In this document: in pieces, positions 46,784 to 55,956 of the stretch
Position numbering within the stretch: the stretch's first letter is position 1
Layout: each line of letters opens with the position of its first letter
NCBI GenBank assembly: GCA_018400015.1
Contig: JAGYNB010000001.1
Location: 70,815 to 134,814 of the forward strand
Source: Candidatus Omnitrophota bacterium
GTDB taxonomy: Bacteria; Omnitrophota; Gorgyraeia; Gygaellales; Gygaellaceae
Direction: 5' to 3'
Length of the DNA stretch: 64,000 nt
Program-made: the position numbers and the translations under genes
The notes under the pieces: generated by a model
What the model saw: the letters and a program-made list of their open reading frames with translations, nothing else
Told to the model about the DNA's origin: nothing
Database searches by the model: none

Positions 46784-47759
46784 TTTAAAAAAACAGATAA
46801 TCTATTGGGCAAGGCTTCTTAATCAAAGGGGTTTGGTTACGGCAAGAAGCGGGAATATTTCCTGCAGGGCGGACGATAAAATTCTTATGACCAGCCATGA
46901 TTCTTATCTTGGGCAGTTAGCCGAAGATGAAATCGTTCTGGTGGGCTCTGATGGAGACGTATTAGAAGGCGCAAAACAGCCTACCAGTGAAAAACCGCTG
47001 CATCTGGGGATATTAGGGCATATCGACCAGGCTCAAGTTGTGATCCATTCGCACAGTCCTTTTACAACCGCATTCTTCCATCATTTTAAGCAACTGGATA
47101 TCTTTTCTTTTGAGGCAAAGTTTTATTTAGGAGATGTAAAAGTCGTTGCCCAAACTGGCCCTACGGTAACAGATGTAGATCCGGTAATAGAAGAATTGAT
47201 GGATAATAATATTGTTGTTTTGGGCGATCACGGTGTGGTGGCGATCGGCCGAGATTTTAAAAGTGCGTTTAGCCTGATTGAACTATTGGAGGAACAATGT
47301 AAGGTTAACCTTATCTTATCAGGTAAGCAGGAACAATCTTTTAATATTGAAGAGGCCAAAGAAGAGATACTGCCGGAACCGCAAACTTATGAGTTGCTTT
47401 CCGAAGGCCATATTAAAAAACTAACTGAAGTCATAAACAGCGACACAGAAGCCCAGGAATTGGGTAAAAAATATGATCTAACCTGTTCATTGTGCGTTAA
47501 GGATAAAGATAGCGAAAAGTCAGCCTGTTTTTATTATCAGCAGGGAAGGATTACGCACACCGACAATAATCAAGTTGCAGAATTTTCGATTACAGGCTCA
47601 AGAGACGTATTAAAAAGGATCTTTAACTGCAAGATCGATCCTTTTGTCGCTATTACTCAAGGTAAAGTAAAAACCAAAGGCGATATTAATAAAATCAGCA
47701 AGTGGTATCCTGCGCTGGTGAGAACGTTCAAGCTTTGGGATCAGGCAAAAGTAGCCTAA
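46770..47759 (+). CDS. Class II aldolase/adducin-family protein (MtnB- or 5-deoxyribulose-1-P aldolase-like) with a C-terminal SCP2-like domain
   Basis: It has an aldolase_II N-domain (VTARSGNIS...VIHSHSPF...VVLGDHGVVAIG). The C-terminal ~110 aa (FSITGSRDVLKRIFNCKIDPFVAITQGKVKTKGDINKISKWYPALV) resemble SCP2 sterol-carrier domains. Confidence 0.55.
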   Translation: MNTDDLKKQIIYWARLLNQRGLVTARSGNISCRADDKILMTSHDSYLGQLAEDEIVLVGSDGDVLEGAKQPTSEKPLHLGILGHIDQAQVVIHSHSPFTTAFFHHFKQLDIFSFEAKFYLGDVKVVAQTGPTVTDVDPVIEELMDNNIVVLGDHGVVAIGRDFKSAFSLIELLEEQCKVNLILSGKQEQSFNIEEAKEEILPEPQTYELLSEGHIKKLTEVINSDTEAQELGKKYDLTCSLCVKDKDSEKSACFYYQQGRITHTDNNQVAEFSITGSRDVLKRIFNCKIDPFVAITQGKVKTKGDINKISKWYPALVRTFKLWDQAKVA

Positions 47760-47797
47760 CGCTTTGAATTTTATATACAGATAGTTTTATAAAAATA

Positions 47798-50149
47798 ATG
47801 AAAAATCTTTCCATAAAGTTCGCCAAGTTTGTAATTAAATTTAGGGTTCTTTTTTTGATTGTTTTTACACTTATTTCAATATTTTTCTTTCAAGTTGTAA
47901 AAGATATTACCTTCCAGACCAATATTGATGATTTTTATCCGCAGAAGCATCCATTTGTTACAGTACAGAATAAGCTTACCCGAATTTTCGGAGGCCTGAA
48001 TCAGGTTTCCATTGCCATAAGCGTAAAAGAAGGCGATATTCTAAATAAAGACACGCTTGATAAGGTAATCCGGATTACCAATGAGCTTTATCTTATGGAC
48101 GGGATAAACCCCGGGCGTATAACTTCTTTATCCGCGCGCAAGATAAAATATATACAGGCATCAGAAGACGGATTTTCCATTGACCGTGTTTTAAGAGAAG
48201 TTCCCGCTGATGAGCTTCAGATGCTCGCTTTAAGAGATAGGATCGTTTTAAGCCCCAATGTGTATATCCGTATGGTTTCGCGGGATTTTAAAAGCACGCT
48301 TATTCAGGCTGATTTTCAAAAAGGCGTGTCTTCTAAATATATATTCGATAAGTTGCGCGAGATAAAACAAAATAAAGAAGATGGCAATACGCAGATTTTT
48401 TTAGCAGGCAGGCCTATATTGGAAGGATGGCTTAATACGTATCTTCCTAAGATGTTAAAAATACTTCTTCTTACACTTCTGGTGGTTTCGGTGGTTTTAT
48501 TTTTGACATTCCGTTCTAAAAGAGGAGTTTTTCTGCCTTTACTTGATTCTTCCATGGCTACCTTATGGGGTCTGGGGATGATGAAGCTTTTTGGCTTCAG
48601 GCTTGACCCGACGACGATTCTGGTCCCTTTTTTAATACTTGCTTTAGGTATCAGCCATTCGATTCATTTTATGAAGCATTATTATGAGGAGATGAAGCAG
48701 GAGAATAGAAAATCCAAGCACGCAGTAAGAAGAACATTGGAAGTTCTGTTTGTTCCTGCGGTCACAGCTGTAATAACCGATGGGTTTGGTTTTTTAAGCC
48801 TTGCCTTTATTCCTTTAGACACCATACGCAGCATGGCTTTAGCTGCGGGTTTTGGAATATTCAGCAATTTTTTGACTTCGTTTATTTTTACGCCCTGTCT
48901 GATCTCTTACATGAAACACCCTAAAATATTAGAGGTTGCCCGCGAAGAGGAGCATCTTTTAATTGATAAGATGCTGGGTCGATTGGCGAGTATATTAACC
49001 AATAAAAAAACACGTAGGGTCTTAAGTTTGGTTTTTATTGCAATTGTGGCGGTATCTTTAGTGGGGATAAATAAAATTGTCGTAGGGGATAATTCTTTTG
49101 GCTCAAGTCACCTTTACCCAAATAGCCCTTATAATAAAAGCGAAAGGTTTATTAATGATAATTTCGGCGGCACTAATTCGTATTATATTTTAGTTGACGG
49201 TCAAACTCAAGACAGCCTTATCGATTTGGATTCTTTGAAGAAAATTGATTCTTTAGAGCATTATATTCTTGATAATGTCAAAGAAGCCGGATATGCAGTA
49301 TCGGTTTCTGATTATATAAAGGGATTGAACTTTGCAATGTTCTCAGGCGACAGAAAGTATTATGCGTTGCCCGAGATGAGCCAAACCGTAGCTGAATATT
49401 TATTTCTTTATGATATTTCAACATACCCGGGAGATTTTGAACCTGTAATCACATCAGATTATTCCAAGGCAAATATAAAATTTGATTTAAAAGACCATAA
49501 GCCGGCGACAATAAATAACGTAATCGCCAAGACCAAAGAATGGGTTGACGAGAATATGACTGAATCCGATACATTGAAATTTGAATACGCTGCCGGTGAA
49601 ATCGGCATGCTCGCTGCAATAAACGATATTATCGCTAAAAGTATAATTCCAAGTGTAATCTTTATATCGATTCTTATTTTCGTATATTTATCTTATATAT
49701 TCGGTTCAATCAGCGCAGGGTTGTTACTATTAGTGCCGTTAATATTCAGTATCCTTGTTGTGTTTGGGCTTTTTGGTTTAACCGGAATGAGTTTAACTAC
49801 TGAAACATTGCCTCTTGCCGCATTAAGTGAGGGTCTTGGCATAAACTACGGCATATATGTTATTACGCGTCTCTTTCAGGAAGTAAGGCGCAGGAAACAC
49901 CCCAGTTATGAGGATGCTCTTAAAGCAACTTTGGTGACTTCGGGAAAAGCAGTATTTTTCAGCGGCATGATAGTTTCTCTTGGCATTTTTGTCTGGCTAT
50001 TTTCCGATATTCGCCTTCAGGCAAGACTGGGCGTGACTTTAGGAGCCACTTTAATTATAAATATGCTGGCTGCACTTGTGATAATACCACTTTTAATATT
50101 ACTGGTGAAGCCGAAGTTTATTTTTGATATAGAAAAGTTTAAGTATTAA
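47798..50149 (+). CDS. MMPL-family (RND superfamily) lipid exporter, HpnN-like size
   Basis: At 783 aa, it has two 6-TM bundles, each preceded by a soluble loop, and an SSD-like GIGVD/GISHSIH region. Confidence 0.75.
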   Translation: MKNLSIKFAKFVIKFRVLFLIVFTLISIFFFQVVKDITFQTNIDDFYPQKHPFVTVQNKLTRIFGGLNQVSIAISVKEGDILNKDTLDKVIRITNELYLMDGINPGRITSLSARKIKYIQASEDGFSIDRVLREVPADELQMLALRDRIVLSPNVYIRMVSRDFKSTLIQADFQKGVSSKYIFDKLREIKQNKEDGNTQIFLAGRPILEGWLNTYLPKMLKILLLTLLVVSVVLFLTFRSKRGVFLPLLDSSMATLWGLGMMKLFGFRLDPTTILVPFLILALGISHSIHFMKHYYEEMKQENRKSKHAVRRTLEVLFVPAVTAVITDGFGFLSLAFIPLDTIRSMALAAGFGIFSNFLTSFIFTPCLISYMKHPKILEVAREEEHLLIDKMLGRLASILTNKKTRRVLSLVFIAIVAVSLVGINKIVVGDNSFGSSHLYPNSPYNKSERFINDNFGGTNSYYILVDGQTQDSLIDLDSLKKIDSLEHYILDNVKEAGYAVSVSDYIKGLNFAMFSGDRKYYALPEMSQTVAEYLFLYDISTYPGDFEPVITSDYSKANIKFDLKDHKPATINNVIAKTKEWVDENMTESDTLKFEYAAGEIGMLAAINDIIAKSIIPSVIFISILIFVYLSYIFGSISAGLLLLVPLIFSILVVFGLFGLTGMSLTTETLPLAALSEGLGINYGIYVITRLFQEVRRRKHPSYEDALKATLVTSGKAVFFSGMIVSLGIFVWLFSDIRLQARLGVTLGATLIINMLAALVIIPLLILLVKPKFIFDIEKFKY

Positions 50150-50168
50150 AAACAAGGAGGGAAAAGTT

Positions 50169-51059
50169 ATGAGAAGCAAATTTCTAATGTGTTTGTTGGT
50201 AGTGTGTTTTATGTTTAGCGTTAACGCTTTTTGTATGGAATTTAAACACCACGAGGTTTACAAAATTACCGACGATATGGGTGCAGAAGAGATTATGGGT
50301 GTATCTACTTTTAATAAGTATACAAAGTTTGCCTATGATTATGAATCAACCGGTTATGTGCATTTAATTGAACAAAGCGGTTCGACAAGGCAAAGGACAT
50401 TCTTACGCCGCAGGATTATTTTAGGTGATAAAACAACAAAGATTGACTATAAAGACGTTACCAGCTTTACTGCTCCCACTTCAGTTAAGGGATTAGGCAT
50501 CTTAAGCTGGACCTACATGACCTACGGGCAAGACCCTGACCAGTGGTTATGGATTCCGTCTTTAAAGAAGATTCGTAAAGTCTCAGCTGCCCAAGGAGAT
50601 GATTCTTTTTTAGGATCTGATTTTACCACAGAAGAAGTTACCACAAGAAAAGTTGAAGATGAAACTTACAAACTGTTAAGAAAAGAAAAGTTTACCGGTT
50701 ACACTTCAAGCTTTAACAATAAAACTTATTATAAGGGCGCTGATTGTTTTGTAATTGAGGCAACCCCTATAAAGAGCCCTTGGTATTATTCAAAAAGAAT
50801 TGTCTGGGTTGATAAGTTAACAGGCGGTGATATCTACGAAGAGATTTTTGATGCCAACGGCAATAAATATAAATATATCTTCAAGGAATATCAAATCAAA
50901 AATGTCGATGGTCGAGATTATTCAGTGCAGACCCATCTTGAGGTAGAGGATTTACGCTCTAACCATAAGACTGTAATTGAAATAAAAGATATTAAGTTCG
51001 ACCAGGGTTTAAAAGACAGCGATTTTAGCGAAAGAATCCTGCAGAGATCAAAATGGTAA
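50169..51059 (+). CDS. LolA-like periplasmic lipid-carrier protein (DUF1329-type 'outer membrane lipoprotein-sorting protein')
   Basis: It has a signal peptide. WIPSLKKIRKVSAAQGDDSFLGSDFTTEEV matches the conserved core of LolA-like proteins that accompany RND/MMPL pumps. Confidence 0.55.
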   Translation: MRSKFLMCLLVVCFMFSVNAFCMEFKHHEVYKITDDMGAEEIMGVSTFNKYTKFAYDYESTGYVHLIEQSGSTRQRTFLRRRIILGDKTTKIDYKDVTSFTAPTSVKGLGILSWTYMTYGQDPDQWLWIPSLKKIRKVSAAQGDDSFLGSDFTTEEVTTRKVEDETYKLLRKEKFTGYTSSFNNKTYYKGADCFVIEATPIKSPWYYSKRIVWVDKLTGGDIYEEIFDANGNKYKYIFKEYQIKNVDGRDYSVQTHLEVEDLRSNHKTVIEIKDIKFDQGLKDSDFSERILQRSKW

Positions 51060-51079
51060 GCAAAAAAGGAGCCAGTATT

Positions 51080-52567
51080 ATGAAGAGAATAGTTTTATTT
51101 ATCATCGCGGTATTTATGGTCTTGGGTGTGACTGTAAATACCTATGCGCAGATGGACCAGGCGCTTGTGTATGAGGCTTTGCGTACAGTCCTGCCTTTTG
51201 AAAAACTAGAGATGGCCGGTTATTTAAAGAATGAAACTTCTTTAAGGATGGCGCATGGATTAGATGAGTTCATGAAATTCAAAAACGAAGTGAATTTTCA
51301 GGCCAATTACAGCATTAAAGATAATGTTGATTTTTTTACAACCATAAGGTGGTTCCACGACGGGTTATACAGTCTGGAAGAGGCAAGGTATACCTCGATA
51401 GATTCCAAGGAAAAAAACCGTAAGCTAAAAGTACCGGAGAAAATGCTTTGGTTAAGGGATTGTTTTGTGGATATTTATACGGATAGACTGGATATCCGTG
51501 CTGGCAAACAGCAGGTTGTCTGGGGAACAGCTGACGGCATAAGGATTTTAGATATCATCAACCCGTTAGACTACCGCGAGTGGACGCTTCCGAATTATTC
51601 TGATATCAGGATTCCTTTATGGATGCTTAATGTTGAAGGTGAGCTTTTAGCTGACGGTCACTTGCAGCTATTATTGATTCCAGATTATCAGGCGAATTAT
51701 TACGGACCGGCAGGCGGGCCGTTTACTTTAAGAACCGTTGACGTGGGTGCAAAAAGCATAAGTTCTTTGCCGCCTTTTGTTACTACGACAACTATAAGTG
51801 AACGCCCAAAACGCAACTTTGAAAATACCAAGATTGGCCTTCGCTGGCGCAATGTAATCGGCGCAGGCTACGCACAAGGCCTGGAATACACGCTTAATTA
51901 TTACCATGGGTATGATTTTGCATCCGCAGCTTATACATCTGTAAAGATTGTCCCAGGCGGATATTTTAAACTCACCCGCCGCGCAGAAGGAATTGATGTC
52001 TTCGGCGGAACATTTTCAAAGACAATTACAAGCGGTGCGTTCGGCGTGCCTGAGCTTTTTAAAGGCTGGACGATAAGAGGCGAGTATGCTTTTATAAAAA
52101 ACGGAGCAATGAATTACGGAACCGATGCCAATATTGAAGGCACAGTAGATGTGGACCAGTTTAATTATGTTTTAGGGTTTGATAAAAACTTCTGGACGAA
52201 TTGGCTGTTTAGTTTTCAGTTTATCCAGATGAATGCCAAGGAAACTGAAAAGTTCGATAAAAATCAGTATGTATTATTAAATGGTGCAACAAGAGGTCCT
52301 TTGGGAGATCAGGAGACGACTTTAAGTCTTAAGATCTCAACGGACTTTATGCATGAGCGCGTTAAGCCCGAGGTATTGATTCTTCATACCGTAGGTAGTG
52401 AGCGTTCAGACCGAGATTGGAGAATAAGCCCTAAGGTCAGCTTTGAAGTTAACGACCGCTGGCAGATAGCAGCCGGTGCGCATATCTTCGAAGGTGAAGA
52501 GCAGCTCTTAAGCGGCCAGTTTGATAAAAACGATCAGGTGTTTTTTGAGACAAAGTATAGTTTCTAA
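51080..52567 (+). CDS. DUF1302-like outer-membrane protein
   Basis: It has a signal peptide (MKRIVLFIIAVFMVLGVTVNTYAQ), LDIRAGKQQVVWGTADG resembles the DUF1302 signature, and the C-terminal residue is Phe. I chose the start at the ATG after AAGGAG, 27 nt inside the ORF-track call. Confidence 0.45.
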   Translation: MKRIVLFIIAVFMVLGVTVNTYAQMDQALVYEALRTVLPFEKLEMAGYLKNETSLRMAHGLDEFMKFKNEVNFQANYSIKDNVDFFTTIRWFHDGLYSLEEARYTSIDSKEKNRKLKVPEKMLWLRDCFVDIYTDRLDIRAGKQQVVWGTADGIRILDIINPLDYREWTLPNYSDIRIPLWMLNVEGELLADGHLQLLLIPDYQANYYGPAGGPFTLRTVDVGAKSISSLPPFVTTTTISERPKRNFENTKIGLRWRNVIGAGYAQGLEYTLNYYHGYDFASAAYTSVKIVPGGYFKLTRRAEGIDVFGGTFSKTITSGAFGVPELFKGWTIRGEYAFIKNGAMNYGTDANIEGTVDVDQFNYVLGFDKNFWTNWLFSFQFIQMNAKETEKFDKNQYVLLNGATRGPLGDQETTLSLKISTDFMHERVKPEVLILHTVGSERSDRDWRISPKVSFEVNDRWQIAAGAHIFEGEEQLLSGQFDKNDQVFFETKYSF

Positions 52568-52593
52568 AAAGCTAACAAAAAGAACAAAAAAAG

Positions 52594-52627
52594 ACCCCGC
52601 TTTAAGATGTAAGCGGGGTTTTTTTAT
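52594..52627. terminator. Bidirectional rho-independent terminator (ACCCCGCTT-8-AAGCGGGGT flanked by A/T runs)
   Basis: It is a 9-bp GC-rich stem with T7 downstream on the + strand and an A-run upstream, giving a T-run on the minus strand. It sits between convergent genes. Confidence 0.65.
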
Positions 52628-52637
52628 TTATTATTTG

Positions 52638-53027
52638 TTAAGTTTTATTTTGGTCCAAGACGTTGTTTATCTTATCAGCTAGGCCTTTTAAGTGGTCTCT
52701 CTTACGTAGTTTTATTCTTGTAGATTTATCTCCATCAAGGTATTTTTTTAAGTCTTCTTCAATGCGGAATAATGCGCCAAAGGTCCTGTTGGACATTACA
52801 ATGATAAAATAAACCAATATCACAAAGATAATCATATAACCTGACAAAAACGCCAGGTAAAAATTCCTGATGAATTTTACCGGATCCTTGGTAAAGAAAT
52901 GAGCATTATTAAGCATGTTCCAGAAGTACCAGTGGGTTACTCCGGCTGCAAAGATTATCAAAGCAATAATTATTAAAATATACCTAAGCTGCAGGCCGTT
53001 AATGATGTATTTGGTTCTTTTGCTCAT
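52638..53027 (-). CDS. HAMP-only mini membrane protein (2 TM plus HAMP-like), paralog of 32909..33331
   Basis: It is 129 aa with the same architecture. RIEEDLKKYLDGD...LKGLADKINNVLD matches FDRILRELDGVIKGE...LISRINALIDKL. Confidence 0.4.
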   Translation of the reverse strand: MSKRTKYIINGLQLRYILIIIALIIFAAGVTHWYFWNMLNNAHFFTKDPVKFIRNFYLAFLSGYMIIFVILVYFIIVMSNRTFGALFRIEEDLKKYLDGDKSTRIKLRKRDHLKGLADKINNVLDQNKT

Positions 53028-53076
53028 TGGTAACTCCTTTTTAAAGGTTGTTACAAAAAATATTCATTAATCATAG

Positions 53077-53159
53077 TGCCGAAGGTGGGAGTTGAACCCA
53101 CACGAGGTTACCCTCATCGGTTTTTGAGACCGACGTGTATGCCATTCCACCACTTCGGC
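53077..53159 (-). tRNA. tRNA-Leu (anticodon CAA), type II with long variable arm
   Basis: The reverse complement reads GCCGAAGTGGTGGAATGGCATACACGTCGGTCTCAAAAACCGATGAGGGTAACCTCGTGTGGGTTCAACTCCCACCTTCGGCA. The acceptor and T-arm are nearly identical to E. coli leuX, the anticodon loop is CUCAAAA, and no CCA is encoded. Confidence 0.85.
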
Positions 53160-53164
53160 AAAGC

Positions 53165-53914
53165 TTATTTTTTATCATTGCCTATAAATGCTTTCATAAT
53201 CTCTAAAGGCAGAGGGAAAACAATAGTTGAAGTTTTTTCCGTTGAAATCTCCACAAGGGTTTGTAAATATCTCATCTGCAAAGCAATCGGCTGCTTGGCA
53301 ACGTTTGCTGCTGCAGCAACCAGTTTTTCCGATGCCTGGTATTCGCCTTCAGCGGCAATAACCTTTGCTCTTCGTTCGCGCTCTGCTTCAGCTTGTCTGG
53401 CCATGGCCCGCTGCATTTCCTGAGGCAGGTCAACGTGTTTTATTTCAACATTAGATACCTTAATCCCCCAGGGGTCAGTTGCCTTATCGATTATCTCCTG
53501 AAGGTCGTTGTTTATTTTTTCCCGCTCTGATAACAGCTCATCTAAATGCACCTGCCCGACACTGCTTCTTAAGGATGTCTGTGCCATTTGGGAAGTGGCA
53601 AATAGATAATCCTCAACTTCCGTTACGGCCTTATTCGGGTCAATCACCCTAAAATATACCACAGCATTTACCTTTACCGATACGTTATCCTTGGTGATGA
53701 TATCCTGTGATGGCACGTCCAAAGTTACGACTCTTAGACTGATTCTTACTGCCTTATCAAACGGGACTAGCAGGAAGATAATCCCCGGACCTTTTGGCAC
53801 TGATACAAGGCGTCCTAAGCGGAATACAACTGCGCGCTCATATTCATTTAATATCTTTATGCAGTTAGATAGATAAAGAACAACTAAAACTATAATTATC
53901 ATGGAAAAAGGCAT
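53165..53914 (-). CDS. SPFH/band-7 (stomatin-like) membrane protein
   Basis: It has an N-terminal TM helix, an SPFH core ([10 protein letters not shown]...), and a C-terminal coiled coil with AEAEREA repeats. It is paired with the NfeD gene upstream. Confidence 0.8.
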   Translation of the reverse strand: MPFSMIIIVLVVLYLSNCIKILNEYERAVVFRLGRLVSVPKGPGIIFLLVPFDKAVRISLRVVTLDVPSQDIITKDNVSVKVNAVVYFRVIDPNKAVTEVEDYLFATSQMAQTSLRSSVGQVHLDELLSEREKINNDLQEIIDKATDPWGIKVSNVEIKHVDLPQEMQRAMARQAEAERERRAKVIAAEGEYQASEKLVAAAANVAKQPIALQMRYLQTLVEISTEKTSTIVFPLPLEIMKAFIGNDKK

Positions 53915-53915
53915 A

Positions 53916-55241
53916 TCAAGCTCCTTTGGTTACTTGTAATTTTAAACCTTCAATACCAACGACTTTTACAGTGTCGTTTTTCTTGATAGCTGTCTTATCA
54001 AGCGTGTATGCGCTCCAGATTTCACCATGGCAGAGCACTTTGCCGGAATTCTTTATATTGCTTAAGGCTGTTGCCGTGTTTCCAACAAGGCCTTCTTTGC
54101 CGGTAGTGATTTTCTTTCTGTGGGTCTTGACCGCATTCACTACCAAGAACACAGCAATTGCACCTGTTGCTACAGCAAAAGGTATTATTATTTTAACTGA
54201 AATCTTTAAAAATTCAAATGGAGATTTAACCAGCATGATTGAGCCAAAGCTTAAAGCAACAATACCGCCTAAAGTTAAAAGGCCGAATGTGGGTGTGAAT
54301 GCCTCTGCGATAAATAGTATTATCGCTAATACTATAAGTATTATACCCGTGTAATCTATAGGGAGTGCCTGGAAAGAATAAAATGATAAGAGCATGCATA
54401 TTGCTCCGGCAATTCCCGGGAAACCCACACCCGGGTGTGAGAACTCAAAGATCAAACCGATAATTCCCAAAAGCATCAATATATATGCGATATTAGGGTT
54501 TGTTACGGAGTTTAACACCCGTTCCTGGAATGTAAGGGGGATCTCCGTAATAACAGCGTCTTTGGTTTTTAATACAAAAGTTTTTTCATTGATAATAATT
54601 TTTTTATTGTCTAAGAGTTGTTTTAATTCATCCAGGTCGCTAGCTATAAAATCAATAACCCTGTTTCTTAAGGCTTCAGTCTCGGTGCTGGAGATACTTT
54701 TCATTACTGCATCTTTAGCCCAGCGTTCGTTGCGCTTACGAGTCTTGGCGATTGTCGTAACCCAGGCAAGGGTATCGTTTAAAACCTTTTCACCGAGGAT
54801 GTCTTTATCAGATTTATCCTCATCGGTCTTTTTTGCTGACGGAGTGATACCCATATTCAATGGATGCGCTGAGCCTATATTAGTTGAGGGTGCCATAACT
54901 GCCACATGGGAGGCCAAGGTGATAAAAACACCGGCACTGCCTGCACGCGCACCGCTAGGTGCAACATAAACTACAACAGGGATTTTAGAATTAAGGATTG
55001 TTTTTACAATGTCACGCGTGGAGTCAAGCAAACCTCCGGGAGTATCAAGCTCAATGACCAGGCAGACAGCCTCATCTGCGATAGACTGATCAATTGCCCT
55101 TGCGATATAGTCTTTTACAACAGGGCCAATGATGTAGTTATCAATCCTGATTAAGTTTATCCGGCTGGTTTCTAGAGCAAGACAGGCAAAAGAAAGGATA
55201 AAAATACCGATAACAAGTGCAAAAATAAGCTTTTTATTCAT
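53916..55241 (-). CDS. NfeD-family membrane-bound ClpP-class serine protease
   Basis: It has an N-terminal ClpP-like protease domain, a central multi-TM region and a C-terminal OB-fold ([13 protein letters not shown]). It is in the classic nfeD-stomatin operon. Confidence 0.8.
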   Translation of the reverse strand: MNKKLIFALVIGIFILSFACLALETSRINLIRIDNYIIGPVVKDYIARAIDQSIADEAVCLVIELDTPGGLLDSTRDIVKTILNSKIPVVVYVAPSGARAGSAGVFITLASHVAVMAPSTNIGSAHPLNMGITPSAKKTDEDKSDKDILGEKVLNDTLAWVTTIAKTRKRNERWAKDAVMKSISSTETEALRNRVIDFIASDLDELKQLLDNKKIIINEKTFVLKTKDAVITEIPLTFQERVLNSVTNPNIAYILMLLGIIGLIFEFSHPGVGFPGIAGAICMLLSFYSFQALPIDYTGIILIVLAIILFIAEAFTPTFGLLTLGGIVALSFGSIMLVKSPFEFLKISVKIIIPFAVATGAIAVFLVVNAVKTHRKKITTGKEGLVGNTATALSNIKNSGKVLCHGEIWSAYTLDKTAIKKNDTVKVVGIEGLKLQVTKGA

Positions 55242-55348
55242 AACTTGATTATATTGTATAGGTAAAAAACTATCCAGTCAACACAAAAAGGGCCTTAAAA
55301 ATATCCTTTAAAACTGGCCGCTTTTATGATAATATAGCCAATACATTT

Positions 55349-55424
<76 letters not shown>

Positions 55425-55435
55425 ATAGGTAACCT

Positions 55436-55475
55436 CAGCGCTGTTTAGACATCTAGACAGCGCTGTGTTTGTTGT
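55436..55475 (+). terminator. Hairpin (CAGCGCTGT...ACAGCGCTG) plus T-rich tail downstream of tRNA-Ala
   Basis: It is a 9-bp stem with an extended imperfect arm, followed by TGTTTGTTGT. Confidence 0.4.
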
Positions 55476-55956
55476 CGGGGGGGGAAGTGGTATATGGAGC
55501 TCAGAATTTGTCAAGAAGTTATAAGTAGAATCAAAAAAGAAAAACCGAATTTTAACCACTTAATAGAAAAAAACCTTATAATAACGAACAACATAGAAAA
55601 GCAGTCGAGGTATATTCATATGAACTATTAGAAAAAGAAATAATAAAACTAAAGACAATAAAGAAATTTAATGATGATGTTGTTGATATTTTAGATATTA
55701 TCAATAAGAAAAATCCAAATATATTAATTAATCGATTGATTAGTTTGGAAAAAAAATAAATAAATATATAAACAGCTTGAGAAAACCCAAAACGGATATG
55801 CTCATTTTAAAACCAAATTTTTACGGCATAGGATTTGATATTAAAGAGCTATGGCAGTGCATCATTAGAAAAATTTTTAAATAATTTATAATTAAGTATA
55901 TTTGCTTCCATCAAAAACCCTTCATATTTCAATATTTATTGATATAATAACCTATT

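Noticed and set aside
53076-53423. 115-aa + strand ORF, with 53926-54354, 54394-54969 and 54906-55154 + ORFs
   Set aside because: They overlap the tRNA-Leu gene and the antisense strand of the well-supported stomatin and NfeD genes. They are shadow ORFs.
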